From IMG/VR virus record IMGVR_UViG_3300050821_008494: a DNA stretch of 64,000 nucleotides; one strand, written 5' to 3'. The notes below the pieces were generated by a model. It was not told where the DNA came from. It did no database searches and saw only the letters and a list, made by a program, of their open reading frames with translations. This document shows positions 17,889 through 27,960 of the stretch, piece by piece; the stretch's first letter is position 1, and each line of letters opens with the position of its first letter. The DNA is from a virus (taxonomy: Duplodnaviria > Heunggongvirae > Uroviricota > Caudoviricetes). The position numbers and the translations under genes were made by a program.

Positions 17889-20612
17889 GTGGCTCGTTTC
17901 ATTGACAGAAGGATTCCAGTCCTCCTCTTCTCAGCCGTCTCTATACTCGGACTTCTGACATTCAATCAACTATCTCCAGCATTCGCAGTAGTCGGGACAC
18001 CAATCTCAAGCACGACTGCCACTTCTCCTAACGGCTACGGATATCAAGGCAAAATCTACCAAGATGGTGGTCTTGTCTTTACAATAGGAACCTCAGACGG
18101 CACAGCTCTCACCTGCCAAACCTCTTCTGACGGAGGAGCTACTTGGTCAACATTATACGGAATGCGAAGTCAGGGGCAGACTACCCAAGGAAGCTACTTC
18201 GCTACATACGTCACTCAGACCACATTTACGACTACTGTGCCCACAGTTTCTGAAATCGGAACTCCTAGCGGAGGAGCTACCAAGAGCTTCACCTACAGCT
18301 CTGGGACACTGACTTCGAACGGATGCCCTCAAGCGGTGTCTCTTGGAACGCTCTCCACTAACTCCGGAACAACAGGGACCTCGGACGCTATGACTCTCAA
18401 CGACGTTGTTTCTGGTGACAAACTTCTAGTAGTTGCCACATCTCTCACTGCGGCATCTACTCCTGCTACTGCTACTGCCGCAGACGGAGGGGACTCTTTC
18501 TCAAGTCAATCTTCGACATCTCTTTCCAATACCTGCCTTGCCGGAGCTTCTTGTTACGTCAACATACTCACGGCAACAGCAGGTAGCAGCTCTAGCTCTC
18601 TCTCTGTGACCGTGACATACAGTCAGTCTACCTTCCATCAGAGCGTGGCATACGACCTTCACGGTTACACTTTGACAGGAATACAGCAGAACGTCGGAAG
18701 CTCTACAAGCTGCGTGAGCCCTTGCTCTGCGTCGGTTGGGGGCTTCACTCCTTCTTCGGGCTCAATCGTCGTATCGGCAATCGCGATAGATAACAGCGCA
18801 GGAACTCAGACGGCAGGGACAGGATTCATAACCATACCCTCGGCTAACACGGGAGACTCCTCTTACCTCCAAGGAAGCTCCGGAGCCCAAACTGCCCCAT
18901 GGACAGTTCCCGGAGGCTCAGGAAATCCCATAGCATATGTAGAGGCAGCCGTTGGTTTGGCTTGCGCTAATTCACCTTGTTCTAGTCAAGAGGCCAAAGT
19001 ATCCACAACCAACAACGTCGTAGACGGAGGAGGACCTTCTGTAGTTCAAGACCAGAACGGAGTTACCTACGCATCAATCGAGACGAACGACGGGACCCTC
19101 AATCACATAGAGGTCTACAAGTGCGCTGCAGGTTGCACGACTTCTTCGAATTGGTCTAAGATTAACGACATCTCTGCGGCAGGGGTCACAGAGAACGGAA
19201 TCATAGGAGTCTACAACGCAGGAATCTATCTCATCTGGCGCAATCAAATCACCTGCGGTCTCTCAACGTGCCATCAGCTTTCCATAGAGACTTCGACAAA
19301 CGCCGGAGCTAGTTGGTCTGGCGCATTCAGCAGTGGGGCAGTTGACATAGTGACGATGCACAGCGGAGGAGTAATCGCTTCTGGTCACATGGTCATGGTA
19401 GCCGCTCCTTGCGCTAGTGCCGACGGAGGAGGCTGCGCTACCACAACTATCAACTGGGTTTCATTCGACATCTCAGTATCCAAATGGGCAGAGTCTCAAT
19501 ACTCATTCGATACAGGTGCCTCCGCTTCAATATCTTGGGACCCTGCCTTCCATCAGTTCTTCTCCTTCTTCACGAGCGCCGAGCAGCAAGTCATAATCTA
19601 CGTTACCAACAACACAGACACTACGATGAATCCGAATATGTATGCCATAGCCACTCCGAGCTTCAAGTCAGCGAGTGCCGCAGCGGTCAGTGCAGGCAAT
19701 CAGCCCGTAGACCCTCCAGCTGTCCTGTGGCGGTCTGGAGCAGGCTCTCCCTACGTCATCAAGGACGCAGTCCTCGCGAGCTTCCCTCCGAAGCCTAACG
19801 AAGTCCCGACAGAGAGTATCAGCCTCTTCGGAACAGAACAAGCTCCAAACGCAGCCCTACACGAGATAGTGGGACTTGCAGGAACACTCTCAGCAGGCCT
19901 CCCCGCTAATCGCGAAATCATGAACGTCTTTGTCTGCATCGAGGGAGGAGGCACCAACGGCACGGCCATAGGAGGAGCTTGCGTAGCTTCGGGTCAACCA
20001 GTCTCGATAACTGTAGTGACTTCGCCTAGCACTCTCATCAACGCACTAACAATAGACGGAGTGACCTACGGCTCCGGTTTGCACGTCTTCAACTGGATTG
20101 TAGGAAGTAACCACACCCTACTAGCTCAACCGACATCTCTTGGTGCTGGTCTCATAATGTATTCGTTCCAGAGCTGGTCTGATGGAGGAGCCGCAACTCA
20201 TACCTTCACAGTCCCCTCACTTCCAACTACTGTCACGGCTGCATACGGGACAGGAGGAAGTGGTGGTGGCGGTAGTGGAGGACCTCCGACCGGAGGAGCC
20301 TGCACAACCACAAACCTAGAGACCGCTCTCAACTCAGGCTGCGCCTTTGGAGTAGTCTTCTACTTCTGGTTCGGAATCTTCGGGCCTTGGGCTCTCGCTT
20401 TCCTAGACTTTCTGCCAGCCCTAGCAGTCTACCTCCGCACAGAGTCTCCTGCGGCAGCTGTCGGAGTCTACGTCCTCATAGACGTCGTGATAGTTACAGG
20501 CCTCATCGCAGCAAACTTCCCGGCAGCTCTGTCCACTGTAGGCCCCGGACTTCTCGGAGCCGTCATAGCGGGAGGAGTCTTCCAACTGGTTAGGAGTAAC
20601 AAGGGAGGCTAG
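17889..20612 (+). CDS. large surface or virion protein with BNR/Asp-box repeat(s) and C-terminal TM anchors (907 aa)
   Basis: signal peptide; SSDGGATWS (SxDxGxTW) and NAGASWS motifs; poly-Gly linker then hydrophobic C-terminus; GTG start. Confidence 0.55.
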   Translation: MARFIDRRIPVLLFSAVSILGLLTFNQLSPAFAVVGTPISSTTATSPNGYGYQGKIYQDGGLVFTIGTSDGTALTCQTSSDGGATWSTLYGMRSQGQTTQGSYFATYVTQTTFTTTVPTVSEIGTPSGGATKSFTYSSGTLTSNGCPQAVSLGTLSTNSGTTGTSDAMTLNDVVSGDKLLVVATSLTAASTPATATAADGGDSFSSQSSTSLSNTCLAGASCYVNILTATAGSSSSSLSVTVTYSQSTFHQSVAYDLHGYTLTGIQQNVGSSTSCVSPCSASVGGFTPSSGSIVVSAIAIDNSAGTQTAGTGFITIPSANTGDSSYLQGSSGAQTAPWTVPGGSGNPIAYVEAAVGLACANSPCSSQEAKVSTTNNVVDGGGPSVVQDQNGVTYASIETNDGTLNHIEVYKCAAGCTTSSNWSKINDISAAGVTENGIIGVYNAGIYLIWRNQITCGLSTCHQLSIETSTNAGASWSGAFSSGAVDIVTMHSGGVIASGHMVMVAAPCASADGGGCATTTINWVSFDISVSKWAESQYSFDTGASASISWDPAFHQFFSFFTSAEQQVIIYVTNNTDTTMNPNMYAIATPSFKSASAAAVSAGNQPVDPPAVLWRSGAGSPYVIKDAVLASFPPKPNEVPTESISLFGTEQAPNAALHEIVGLAGTLSAGLPANREIMNVFVCIEGGGTNGTAIGGACVASGQPVSITVVTSPSTLINALTIDGVTYGSGLHVFNWIVGSNHTLLAQPTSLGAGLIMYSFQSWSDGGAATHTFTVPSLPTTVTAAYGTGGSGGGGSGGPPTGGACTTTNLETALNSGCAFGVVFYFWFGIFGPWALAFLDFLPALAVYLRTESPAAAVGVYVLIDVVIVTGLIAANFPAALSTVGPGLLGAVIAGGVFQLVRSNKGG

Positions 20613-20615
20613 ACC

Positions 20616-20918
20616 ATGCCACGTCTCTATCACGGCACTAGGAAGCCCGGCAAGGTTCGAAGAAAAGGCCTCCAAGCCAAATACAGCAAGAGCGACGATG
20701 AAATATTCCTAAGTCCCCTGAAGGGAGTCGCAGCACATTACGGCAAAGTCATAGCTGTCGATGTCCCTGAGTCTATGGTAGTAAGGACATTCGAAGAATA
20801 TGACAGAGACCCCACGAAGATTCTTCTCACACCTTCAATAGCAAGGACTCGTAGGAGAACCATAGCTCCAGAGTTCATATCAGGAGAGAACGTAGACACA
20901 TCGGAGTTCGGATTCTGA
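20616..20918 (+). CDS. hypothetical protein
   Basis: ORF track. Confidence 0.4.
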   Translation: MPRLYHGTRKPGKVRRKGLQAKYSKSDDEIFLSPLKGVAAHYGKVIAVDVPESMVVRTFEEYDRDPTKILLTPSIARTRRRTIAPEFISGENVDTSEFGF

Positions 20919-21133
20919 TGGCAGGAGGCCTACCCCGGACGAAATGTCAATGTTCTTGCGGCTGCACTAACAGTGCCCTCTCCGGAAAGCCTGACATCTT
21001 CTGGACGACGATTACAGGCGACAAGAACCCAATCTGTGCAGAATGTCAGTCAGGTTCTCACAAGGGTGCTCGTCGTCCTCGTGTCTCTCACAGGAGAGAG
21101 CCGTTCAATTGGAGTTTGAGCCAAAGTGGTTAG
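20918..21133 (+). CDS. zinc-finger protein (CQCSCGC...CAEC)
   Basis: ORF track. Confidence 0.4.
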   Translation: MAGGLPRTKCQCSCGCTNSALSGKPDIFWTTITGDKNPICAECQSGSHKGARRPRVSHRREPFNWSLSQSG

Positions 21134-21306
21134 TTCTCGCAATGTCTGTAAGGGCCACTGTGCAGCTTGTGGTCGTCGAGCTTGTGTTCATCCTGTAGGA
21201 CATTACGGAGACCATCAATGCCCTGAGCACGCATCGAGCTTCATCAACGATGCATTCAGCTTCGGTGACGGAGCACTAAATAACTGGCTTGGAGGAGTTC
21301 CGTAGC
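21126..21306 (+). CDS. small zinc-finger protein (CKGHCAACGRRAC...C)
   Basis: GTG start; hand-found, under 60 aa. Confidence 0.25.
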
Positions 21307-21816
21307 ATGGACTCCAACGACTTGATGGCGAAGCCCTTTCTCGGATGGCAGATGAGGACCATAACACTAGCAAAGCTCTACGACACAGAGGCTTTGGTCA
21401 CTTCTTTCATATCTCTTGCATTTGTCTCTTGGTTCATTCACTTCTTCGGTTACTACGAGTCCTACGGCATAACATTCTCCAGAATAATGGCAATCGACCC
21501 TAGCGGTTTTGTCGTGATATTAATCTGCACTCTTTCCCTCGGGTTCATGGCAGCATACTTATTCCACAGAGGGCAGAATCTCACCATGAAAGCCCTAACT
21601 CATATCAATCCTCAGGCACGTTTGAGAAGGTCCACAGCAGTTATGAGGGCTACGACATTCCTCTTTCTATCAGGACTATCGGGATGGTTTTTCGTGTCAG
21701 ACATCCTCATCTGTATTGCATTTTGCCTAGTAACAGGAATCTATGTAGGTCTCTACTTCTCATACGTCGGTAAGAAAAACGCGGCCTTCAAGTCAGGACA
21801 TATTCAGGTGACTTAG
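21307..21816 (+). CDS. polytopic membrane protein
   Basis: ATG at 21307 within ORF 21289..21816. Confidence 0.45.
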   Translation: MDSNDLMAKPFLGWQMRTITLAKLYDTEALVTSFISLAFVSWFIHFFGYYESYGITFSRIMAIDPSGFVVILICTLSLGFMAAYLFHRGQNLTMKALTHINPQARLRRSTAVMRATTFLFLSGLSGWFFVSDILICIAFCLVTGIYVGLYFSYVGKKNAAFKSGHIQVT

Positions 21817-21819
21817 GGA

Positions 21820-22155
21820 ATGGCATTCCAGCCCGAGCCCGACGGCCCCGATGTCCCTCCTCTCATGAGGCGCATCCTCGGAATCCTGATACTCATAATC
21901 ATACTTCTCGGGACAGCAGTCACCATAGTCTACGGCTACATCATCAACACGACATTCGACTCCAACCTCCAAGGCCTCCCTCTCTACGCTCAACTTCCTG
22001 CCGCAGCTCAAGGAGTCTTCGGGACAGTAGTGACTTGGCAGCTCAACACCTACGCCTTCATTCCGGGAGTAGTCCTCATCCTAGCAATCTTCGGAACAAT
22101 AGCCGCAATCTTCGGCACAAGGTCCCGCCACGAGGACGTTCAGGAGAGCTACTAA
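21820..22155 (+). CDS. membrane protein
   Basis: ORF track; TM segments. Confidence 0.45.
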   Translation: MAFQPEPDGPDVPPLMRRILGILILIIILLGTAVTIVYGYIINTTFDSNLQGLPLYAQLPAAAQGVFGTVVTWQLNTYAFIPGVVLILAIFGTIAAIFGTRSRHEDVQESY

Positions 22156-22156
22156 C

Positions 22157-22363
22157 ATGAAAGCCAAAGAGGCAGTTGGCAGAAAGGTCCGCTACAAATC
22201 TCCTTCTACAGGTCACACATACGAAGGTGTAGTCAAGTCTCATCCGTTCAATATTGGGACTAGAGACCTTCGCCTAGAACTTTCTAAAGACTATACAGAA
22301 TTCGACCTTCGTCTGGGCAAAGGGCATCTCATGTCTCTAGACGAAGAATCGGAGGTCTCTTGA
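22157..22363 (+). CDS. hypothetical protein
   Basis: ORF track. Confidence 0.4.
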   Translation: MKAKEAVGRKVRYKSPSTGHTYEGVVKSHPFNIGTRDLRLELSKDYTEFDLRLGKGHLMSLDEESEVS

Positions 22364-22548
22364 TGAAGCGCCTCGACAAACGGCACATCATCATAACAGA
22401 CTCCGAGCTTGACGGCCTAGTCGCTCCTCTCCGAGCCATGATAGAGGGAGGCAGTGACCCCGGTCTCCAGCCCAACGAGCTTCGGGCTCTTGCGTTTGGC
22501 GGGCGCGTCCTCAACTACGCTCCTGTGAAGAGACCACGAGGGACTTAG
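22360..22548 (+). CDS. hypothetical protein
   Basis: ATGA overlap. Confidence 0.4.
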   Translation: MMKRLDKRHIIITDSELDGLVAPLRAMIEGGSDPGLQPNELRALAFGGRVLNYAPVKRPRGT

Positions 22549-22550
22549 GC

Positions 22551-22811
22551 ATGGTTCAATACAAGCGCAAGACCAGAGTCAACTCTCAAGGAATAGTCGA
22601 AGAATACGGTCCTTGGCGTGTCTACGGAGACTCTAGAGTCCGCAATGGCACAGCAGTCCACGAGTGGGGCACGACTCTTGACAATCACGGAGACTACTGC
22701 GGTGTGGCCGAAATCTGCGGGACTTGCCCCAAGTTCAAGGTCAACGGCACAATCATGACGAAGCAGCAGTATCTCGATTACCTCCTTCCTCAATACAGGT
22801 TGTTGGTGTAA
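22551..22811 (+). CDS. hypothetical Cys-containing protein
   Basis: ORF track. Confidence 0.4.
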   Translation: MVQYKRKTRVNSQGIVEEYGPWRVYGDSRVRNGTAVHEWGTTLDNHGDYCGVAEICGTCPKFKVNGTIMTKQQYLDYLLPQYRLLV

Positions 22812-23018
22812 ATGGCTCACAAGTTTCGAGTCAAATACAAAGAGGAAGAACGCAGTCGGAAGACTTCAGGGTTTGACACAGAGACAGAAGCAAGGGACTT
22901 CATTCACGAGTATGTCAATGGTGTAGCTGACGAAGAGACAGTCAAGGTTGAGACATACTTGTGGTTCCCTCACGAGAGACCGGGCGCAGGAAATCCTCGC
23001 GTCAGAAGGGGAGGCTAG
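22812..23018 (+). CDS. hypothetical protein
   Basis: ORF track. Confidence 0.35.
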   Translation: MAHKFRVKYKEEERSRKTSGFDTETEARDFIHEYVNGVADEETVKVETYLWFPHERPGAGNPRVRRGG

Positions 23019-23315
23019 ATGCCCCATAACGTTGACATTCCTTTGATGTCAATCGACTACGAAGGAGGAGACCCAACTCAATCCATAGTCGTCTACTTAG
23101 AAAACGAACGCCTTGCGTGGCGCAACATGAACGGGACACTTGTCTACTACAAGACAGTAGAGAAACTCATGGAAGACCCGAAGGTCAAGGCTCTCCTCGA
23201 AGAATTCTTTCCAAATTCGGTATTCGATAGAGTTGACCCTGAGTCCCTTCGCCAAATTGAGGCTCTAGAGGGTAGGCCTCCTCCTCTCGAAAGAGAAGAG
23301 GTCTCTGCTCCCTAG
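23019..23315 (+). CDS. hypothetical protein
   Basis: ORF track. Confidence 0.4.
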   Translation: MPHNVDIPLMSIDYEGGDPTQSIVVYLENERLAWRNMNGTLVYYKTVEKLMEDPKVKALLEEFFPNSVFDRVDPESLRQIEALEGRPPPLEREEVSAP

Positions 23316-23362
23316 CCTCACGAGATGAGCATATTACTCGACTACAGGATACATCTCTCCGT

Positions 23363-23677
23363 ATGAAAACCAAGCGCACCCGGCTCCAGATGAAGGTAGA
23401 CGTCCTCACTCATCTTCACAACAACGGCTCCTTCGCGAAAACAGCAATCATGCTTACCTGTAACTTCTCTTGGGTAGTCATCTGCGAGATAATATCTAAC
23501 CTAGAGAGCATAGGCCTCATATCAGAGAACTCCGAATCCAAGTGGGGCATCACATCGAAGGGAATAGACCTCCTAAACTCTCTAAAGGACTCATCTCAAT
23601 CTATCGACCTAGACGGCAAGCTTGCATTCTTGGGGCTCTTGCCTATTACTACTGAACAGCCCATCTTAAATAACTGA
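23363..23677 (+). CDS. winged-helix DNA-binding protein (putative regulator)
   Basis: wHTH-like pattern; perfect palindrome immediately downstream. Confidence 0.4.
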   Translation: MKTKRTRLQMKVDVLTHLHNNGSFAKTAIMLTCNFSWVVICEIISNLESIGLISENSESKWGITSKGIDLLNSLKDSSQSIDLDGKLAFLGLLPITTEQPILNN

Positions 23678-23681
23678 CCTA

Positions 23682-23696
23682 CCCTTATGATAAGGG
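23682..23696. promoter_or_regulatory. perfect palindrome CCCTTAT-G-ATAAGGG (operator-like)
   Basis: between wHTH gene stop (23677) and ATG 23698. Confidence 0.45.
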
Positions 23697-23697
23697 T

Positions 23698-24036
23698 ATG
23701 CCGAGACGCAAAGACTTGCCGAGGGCCGTCTTCCTCAGGCACCAGCTAGACGAGTTCCTCGAAGAGATGTTTCACCGCTTCGAACTCGCAGAGCCAAAGC
23801 ACAAGGGCAACAGCGTCATGGACGACTCAATCGACTGGAACAGCTTCGACTGGAAGGCCATAGAGCTTCACGCTATCAACGAACTCGGTCAATTCTTCGG
23901 CCTCACCGAACGCGAGGCCAATCACCTCTTCGACCTCCTAGCCCCACACCTCACCGACCCACACGAGCCCAGACGCGCCGTTCACGTGTCCAACATGTTC
24001 TTCCTGCTCTGGTGGAAAGCCCAGCAAACCCAATGA
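23698..24036 (+). CDS. hypothetical protein
   Basis: ATG 2 nt after the palindrome CCCTTATGATAAGGG. Confidence 0.4.
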   Translation: MPRRKDLPRAVFLRHQLDEFLEEMFHRFELAEPKHKGNSVMDDSIDWNSFDWKAIELHAINELGQFFGLTEREANHLFDLLAPHLTDPHEPRRAVHVSNMFFLLWWKAQQTQ

Positions 24037-24344
24037 GGGCTCTTGGTTTGGCTCTTTCTTTCACATCAAAGGTCCCTCTCCCCGAAGGGGAAGTCATTGC
24101 CCTCTCTCCATTAGACATAGTCGAAGCTCTCGCAATCCTGACCTCCCTCATAGGCCTCATTATGGGAATCGTCTCCATAATCCTACAACTCACTAAAGCA
24201 GTATTCATCTCGGAGAACCCCGGCATCTCTGCACCGTTTCCTCTATCAAGCTCGACTATCGTCTGGCTCGGCTACATAGGCCTCTTCCTCTTTGCGTTCG
24301 GTGGCGTCATTGCACTAATCAGGTCAAGGAAGAAGCACCAATGA
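24033..24344 (+). CDS. membrane protein
   Basis: ATGA overlap. Confidence 0.4.
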   Translation: MRALGLALSFTSKVPLPEGEVIALSPLDIVEALAILTSLIGLIMGIVSIILQLTKAVFISENPGISAPFPLSSSTIVWLGYIGLFLFAFGGVIALIRSRKKHQ

Positions 24345-24547
24345 CGCCGAATCTCAGACACCGTATAGGCACAGGATTCGGAGCCGCTCTTGTCTTCACA
24401 GGCGTCTTCATAATAGGCATAGCCACAGAGGCTTCTTCCGGAGCGGTCTTCCCACGTTCTTTCTTTGTAGGCCTCTCAATCTGGGCAGGAGTCCTAGCCA
24501 CTATCGGTGGAATCATCATAGTCTTCGGGAGGTCAGAGGCCCCATGA
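24341..24547 (+). CDS. membrane protein
   Basis: ATGA overlap. Confidence 0.4.
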   Translation: MTPNLRHRIGTGFGAALVFTGVFIIGIATEASSGAVFPRSFFVGLSIWAGVLATIGGIIIVFGRSEAP

Positions 24548-24876
24548 CTTCTCAAAAGCGCGTCAGCGTCTTCACAAAGCAGTCCTTCATCCACGGCTTC
24601 TCCGAAGGCATAGTCATCGGCAAAGAGCACGGCCTCGGTGGCAACAAGGTCATCGTCCGCTACGACCCCGGCTCCTCCGCATTCATCCCTCGCGAAGGCA
24701 TAGGTTGGGAATGGCCGAGCGACCTCCTCAAAGACACACCTCGAAACCGCAAGCTGATTGCCAAAATCAAGAGGACTCGCGACCAGATGTCACGCCTCGG
24801 AGCCAAGGAGCGTTTAGCCATAGGCCTGCTCGAAAAGTTCAAAGATTCGACAGAGTTCGAGGAGACCGTGAGATGA
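24544..24876 (+). CDS. hypothetical protein
   Basis: ATGA overlap. Confidence 0.4.
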   Translation: MTSQKRVSVFTKQSFIHGFSEGIVIGKEHGLGGNKVIVRYDPGSSAFIPREGIGWEWPSDLLKDTPRNRKLIAKIKRTRDQMSRLGAKERLAIGLLEKFKDSTEFEETVR

Positions 24877-25445
24877 ACTCTCTCCCACGCAAGGTCTCAG
24901 AGCAGATGGAGAACTCTCGCATACGCGGCAAAGAAGGAGAGACCCTATCACACAAGCAATTCCGCTCCGGTTGGAACGGCTGTCTTGATGCTTTCATTCC
25001 TCAAGTCAAAAATCTAGAGCGCAGCTCTCATGCCTTACCGGCACAGGTTGACGATAGCAGGGGCGATTCTGCAAAGCTCTCCGAGCAAATGCAGATTCAG
25101 GTTGACATCTTGGACATCCTAATCGCGGACCACAAGAAGGAGCATCCTGACGACGACATATCCAACGCCGAGAAGTTCAGGGACGCGACGAAACAATGGA
25201 TTCCCCACGTCAAGGCCCTCGAAGCCCCACCCCAGACGGAGGACAAGCTCATGGCGGGGCTGAGAAAGGCAGTTGAGGCGAAGAGGGTAGAGCATCAGAG
25301 AGATGTTGCCGACATCTACGAATCTCAAGGAATCAGCCCAGAGTTGAAGGACGATTACGCGGACTGGCATCTGAGATGGATAGCCTCCTGTGAGTGGTTC
25401 CTCAAGCTCATCACCGCTACTGCCGAGAAGGGCGAGCCCGAATGA
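24873..25445 (+). CDS. hypothetical protein
   Basis: ATGA overlap at 24873. Confidence 0.45.
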   Translation: MNSLPRKVSEQMENSRIRGKEGETLSHKQFRSGWNGCLDAFIPQVKNLERSSHALPAQVDDSRGDSAKLSEQMQIQVDILDILIADHKKEHPDDDISNAEKFRDATKQWIPHVKALEAPPQTEDKLMAGLRKAVEAKRVEHQRDVADIYESQGISPELKDDYADWHLRWIASCEWFLKLITATAEKGEPE

Positions 25446-25744
25446 CCACCCGCCCGAAAGCGTCAGCACAGACGAGGCCGCCGAATCCTGACATTGAGAC
25501 GAGGACGCTTGAGGAGCATCTGATGATGGGCATGGGTTCGGCTTGGCTGAAAGAGCCGGTGAAGGGTTTGGTAATCAAGCTGCTGAGGGAGGACGCGAAG
25601 GAGCAGTTGGCGATACTCCGAAGGTCGCTCAACGGCCAAACCTACGCTCGCAACCCAACACATGGCGAATACTACGCCAACATGACCGACATCAACAGGC
25701 TCCTGCACCGTCTCGAAAAGGCCGCCGGGGAAAAGTCGCCATGA
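25442..25744 (+). CDS. hypothetical protein
   Basis: ATGA overlap. Confidence 0.4.
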   Translation: MTTRPKASAQTRPPNPDIETRTLEEHLMMGMGSAWLKEPVKGLVIKLLREDAKEQLAILRRSLNGQTYARNPTHGEYYANMTDINRLLHRLEKAAGEKSP

Positions 25745-25929
25745 CCTCCTCAAAGCCACAGACGAGAGGCGGGACGGGGCGAATTTGCGGCTACCAGTGG
25801 GGCGATAAGTGGCACGAAGCGGTCGCCCATGTCTGTTTCCGAGACTACGGCCATTCTGAGGTCTGCCAGTGTCGGTGCGGCCAAGAAGTCCTCGGTATAA
25901 ACTACAACGTGGAGCAGATTCCGCGATGA
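25741..25929 (+). CDS. small Cys/His protein
   Basis: ATGA overlap. Confidence 0.35.
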   Translation: MTSSKPQTRGGTGRICGYQWGDKWHEAVAHVCFRDYGHSEVCQCRCGQEVLGINYNVEQIPR

Positions 25930-26138
25930 CCAAGCCCGAGACCAGCAAGAGCGAGAAGGCGGTCGCGTGTCAGGAGCAAATCCACTACACGATAGACCCT
26001 GTTGGCGAAGGAACGCCGGTCGGTAGCTTCTACTGCATCCTGAGCAAGGGCCACGAAGGGCCGCATAGGATATTCACCCCGAATGAGCTTGACCTTGGGG
26101 AAGAGGAGCCGGACGCCTTTCCGGTCGAATCGCCATGA
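25926..26138 (+). CDS. small hypothetical protein
   Basis: ATGA overlap. Confidence 0.35.
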   Translation: MTKPETSKSEKAVACQEQIHYTIDPVGEGTPVGSFYCILSKGHEGPHRIFTPNELDLGEEEPDAFPVESP

Positions 26139-26260
26139 CCAAAGAATCAAACTCCTCCTCCGTCGCCGCGAAGCGGCTCAGACGATTCTACTGGAAGGTC
26201 AAGAGGATACTTGAAGGCCGAAAGGAATACGAGGGGATTGGAGACGCTTTTGGATTCTAA
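26135..26260 (+). CDS. small basic protein
   Basis: ATGA overlap; 41 aa. Confidence 0.25.
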   Translation: MTKESNSSSVAAKRLRRFYWKVKRILEGRKEYEGIGDAFGF

Positions 26261-26276
26261 GCCTCTCAGCAAGCAG

Positions 26277-27089
26277 ATGAAGGAGTATGTGGAGATTTAT
26301 CCGATGGGGCCTGTCTCAGACGTAATCCGAGGCTGGATAGCAGAGGCGAAAGCCCTCGAAAACTCCTCCTCCGTCAGCGTGGCGGATGCGGGCGGCGATG
26401 TCTTGAGGCTACTGAGAACTTACACGGTCAAGGAAATCAGGTTCAAGGAGAAGGGCTACTGCGGAACCTGCGAAGGCTATGAGGTCATTGTCGCTCAGAT
26501 GGCCGATGAAGGGGGCGACGAATGGGAAGTCTGCGCAGACTGTCTCAAACAGTTCCGAGAGCAAGCCGCCAAATTTGCCGAAGAGAGCATCCTCAAAGCC
26601 GCAGCCGCCTTGGAAAGCTCTACACAGACGGCGGGCAAAGCGGGCGATGGAGAAGACTCTGGGGCCAAGGCCGAGCCGAGTGGTGGGGCACACAGAAAGG
26701 AAATCCTGACTGAGCGAACTACGAAGGTCAATGAAGCAAAGCCCGAAGTTAGCGCATCTTCTCCATCCCCGCGCCCAGAGCCTACACAGACGCAGGAGCA
26801 TTTTGAAGCTGCTTCTGACGCAGACACCGAGGACACGAGGGCCTTCTTGACGAAGATGGGCTTGATGGAGACGCAGCCGCACTTTTGGGAGTTCCCGCCT
26901 AACTGGAAGCCGACACAGACGCAGGAGGACGTGAGGCGCGAAATCGAGGCGTTGAAGATTGACCACACACAGGCCCCAGACAGAGAGGTTAGAGTCCACA
27001 ACAGAGCCATTGATAACGTCCTCGCCCTCCTCGACAAGAAAGCTACGGAGGGCGAAACTCTTGAAGCATCCACAGGAGACGAAACCTGA
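26277..27089 (+). CDS. acidic hypothetical protein with CGTCEGYE cluster
   Basis: ORF track frame 26211..27089; internal ATG. Confidence 0.45.
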   Translation: MKEYVEIYPMGPVSDVIRGWIAEAKALENSSSVSVADAGGDVLRLLRTYTVKEIRFKEKGYCGTCEGYEVIVAQMADEGGDEWEVCADCLKQFREQAAKFAEESILKAAAALESSTQTAGKAGDGEDSGAKAEPSGGAHRKEILTERTTKVNEAKPEVSASSPSPRPEPTQTQEHFEAASDADTEDTRAFLTKMGLMETQPHFWEFPPNWKPTQTQEDVRREIEALKIDHTQAPDREVRVHNRAIDNVLALLDKKATEGETLEASTGDET

Positions 27090-27260
27090 ATGAGCAAATT
27101 GGACTGGTTCATGTTCGGATATGGTGGCTGCCTGTTCGTCTTCATGACAATCCTAACGGCTTGGGGCTGCTTCTTCGTGCTTCCTGCAGTATTCTTTCTC
27201 GCGTGGACAATCAGACTTCACGGTAATCCCAGCACCCCGACAGGAGCCGGAGAACAATGA
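27090..27260 (+). CDS. small membrane protein
   Basis: TGAATG junction. Confidence 0.3.
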   Translation: MSKLDWFMFGYGGCLFVFMTILTAWGCFFVLPAVFFLAWTIRLHGNPSTPTGAGEQ

Positions 27261-27550
27261 ACTTCTCAGACCGCTCAGGGCATCCGCTCGATTCTAAGTC
27301 TCCAGAGAGGGCTCCAAACATGATTCATTCCCTCCTCCCTTCAACCTCCTACTCAGGAAATATCGACGGCATCCCATTCATTCTCACATGGGACCACTCG
27401 AAGCTCACAATGACATTCCGCATCAACCCGAAGTGCCCGCATAGGGTCCGCAAAATCCTCTACCTAGAAGGCCGAGAGTTCAACAACTCAAAGCCCACGA
27501 ACGTCCCTGACTACAAGGTCCAAATAATCGAGGACTCTGACTTCCAATGA
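27257..27550 (+). CDS. hypothetical protein
   Basis: ATGA overlap. Confidence 0.4.
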   Translation: MNFSDRSGHPLDSKSPERAPNMIHSLLPSTSYSGNIDGIPFILTWDHSKLTMTFRINPKCPHRVRKILYLEGREFNNSKPTNVPDYKVQIIEDSDFQ

Positions 27551-27960
27551 AGAACACTATCAAATCTATCATAGTCGTGGCCTTGGTAGCACTTCTCATT
27601 GGTGGTAGTGGCTATGTCTTTTCCGGAAACGCTCAAAGCTATGCACCAAAATATCTCGTGAAGGCCGAGATATCATACTGCCCCCAAGGCCTCAGCCCAG
27701 ACGGTAACTGTTATCCTTCGTTCTCCCACGAGACCATAACCTTTCTAGCCAACAGCTTCTGGCAGCCCACTGCCATGTCTCTAGATTGCATGTATTGCCA
27801 CGAGTTCTCCGGGGTCTCTTTCCTTAACGGGACACGATGTCAGAATGGTGCCACCATATACGACTCAGGAATACTCTCTCTGAGAACCTACAACGGAACT
27901 CCGACCTTCGTAGCGTCCCCAGTCACAAAGGAACCTAATTGCTGGTTGACAGGTCCATGA
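27547..27960 (+). CDS. secreted Cys-rich protein
   Basis: signal peptide; 8 Cys. Confidence 0.45.
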   Translation: MKNTIKSIIVVALVALLIGGSGYVFSGNAQSYAPKYLVKAEISYCPQGLSPDGNCYPSFSHETITFLANSFWQPTAMSLDCMYCHEFSGVSFLNGTRCQNGATIYDSGILSLRTYNGTPTFVASPVTKEPNCWLTGP

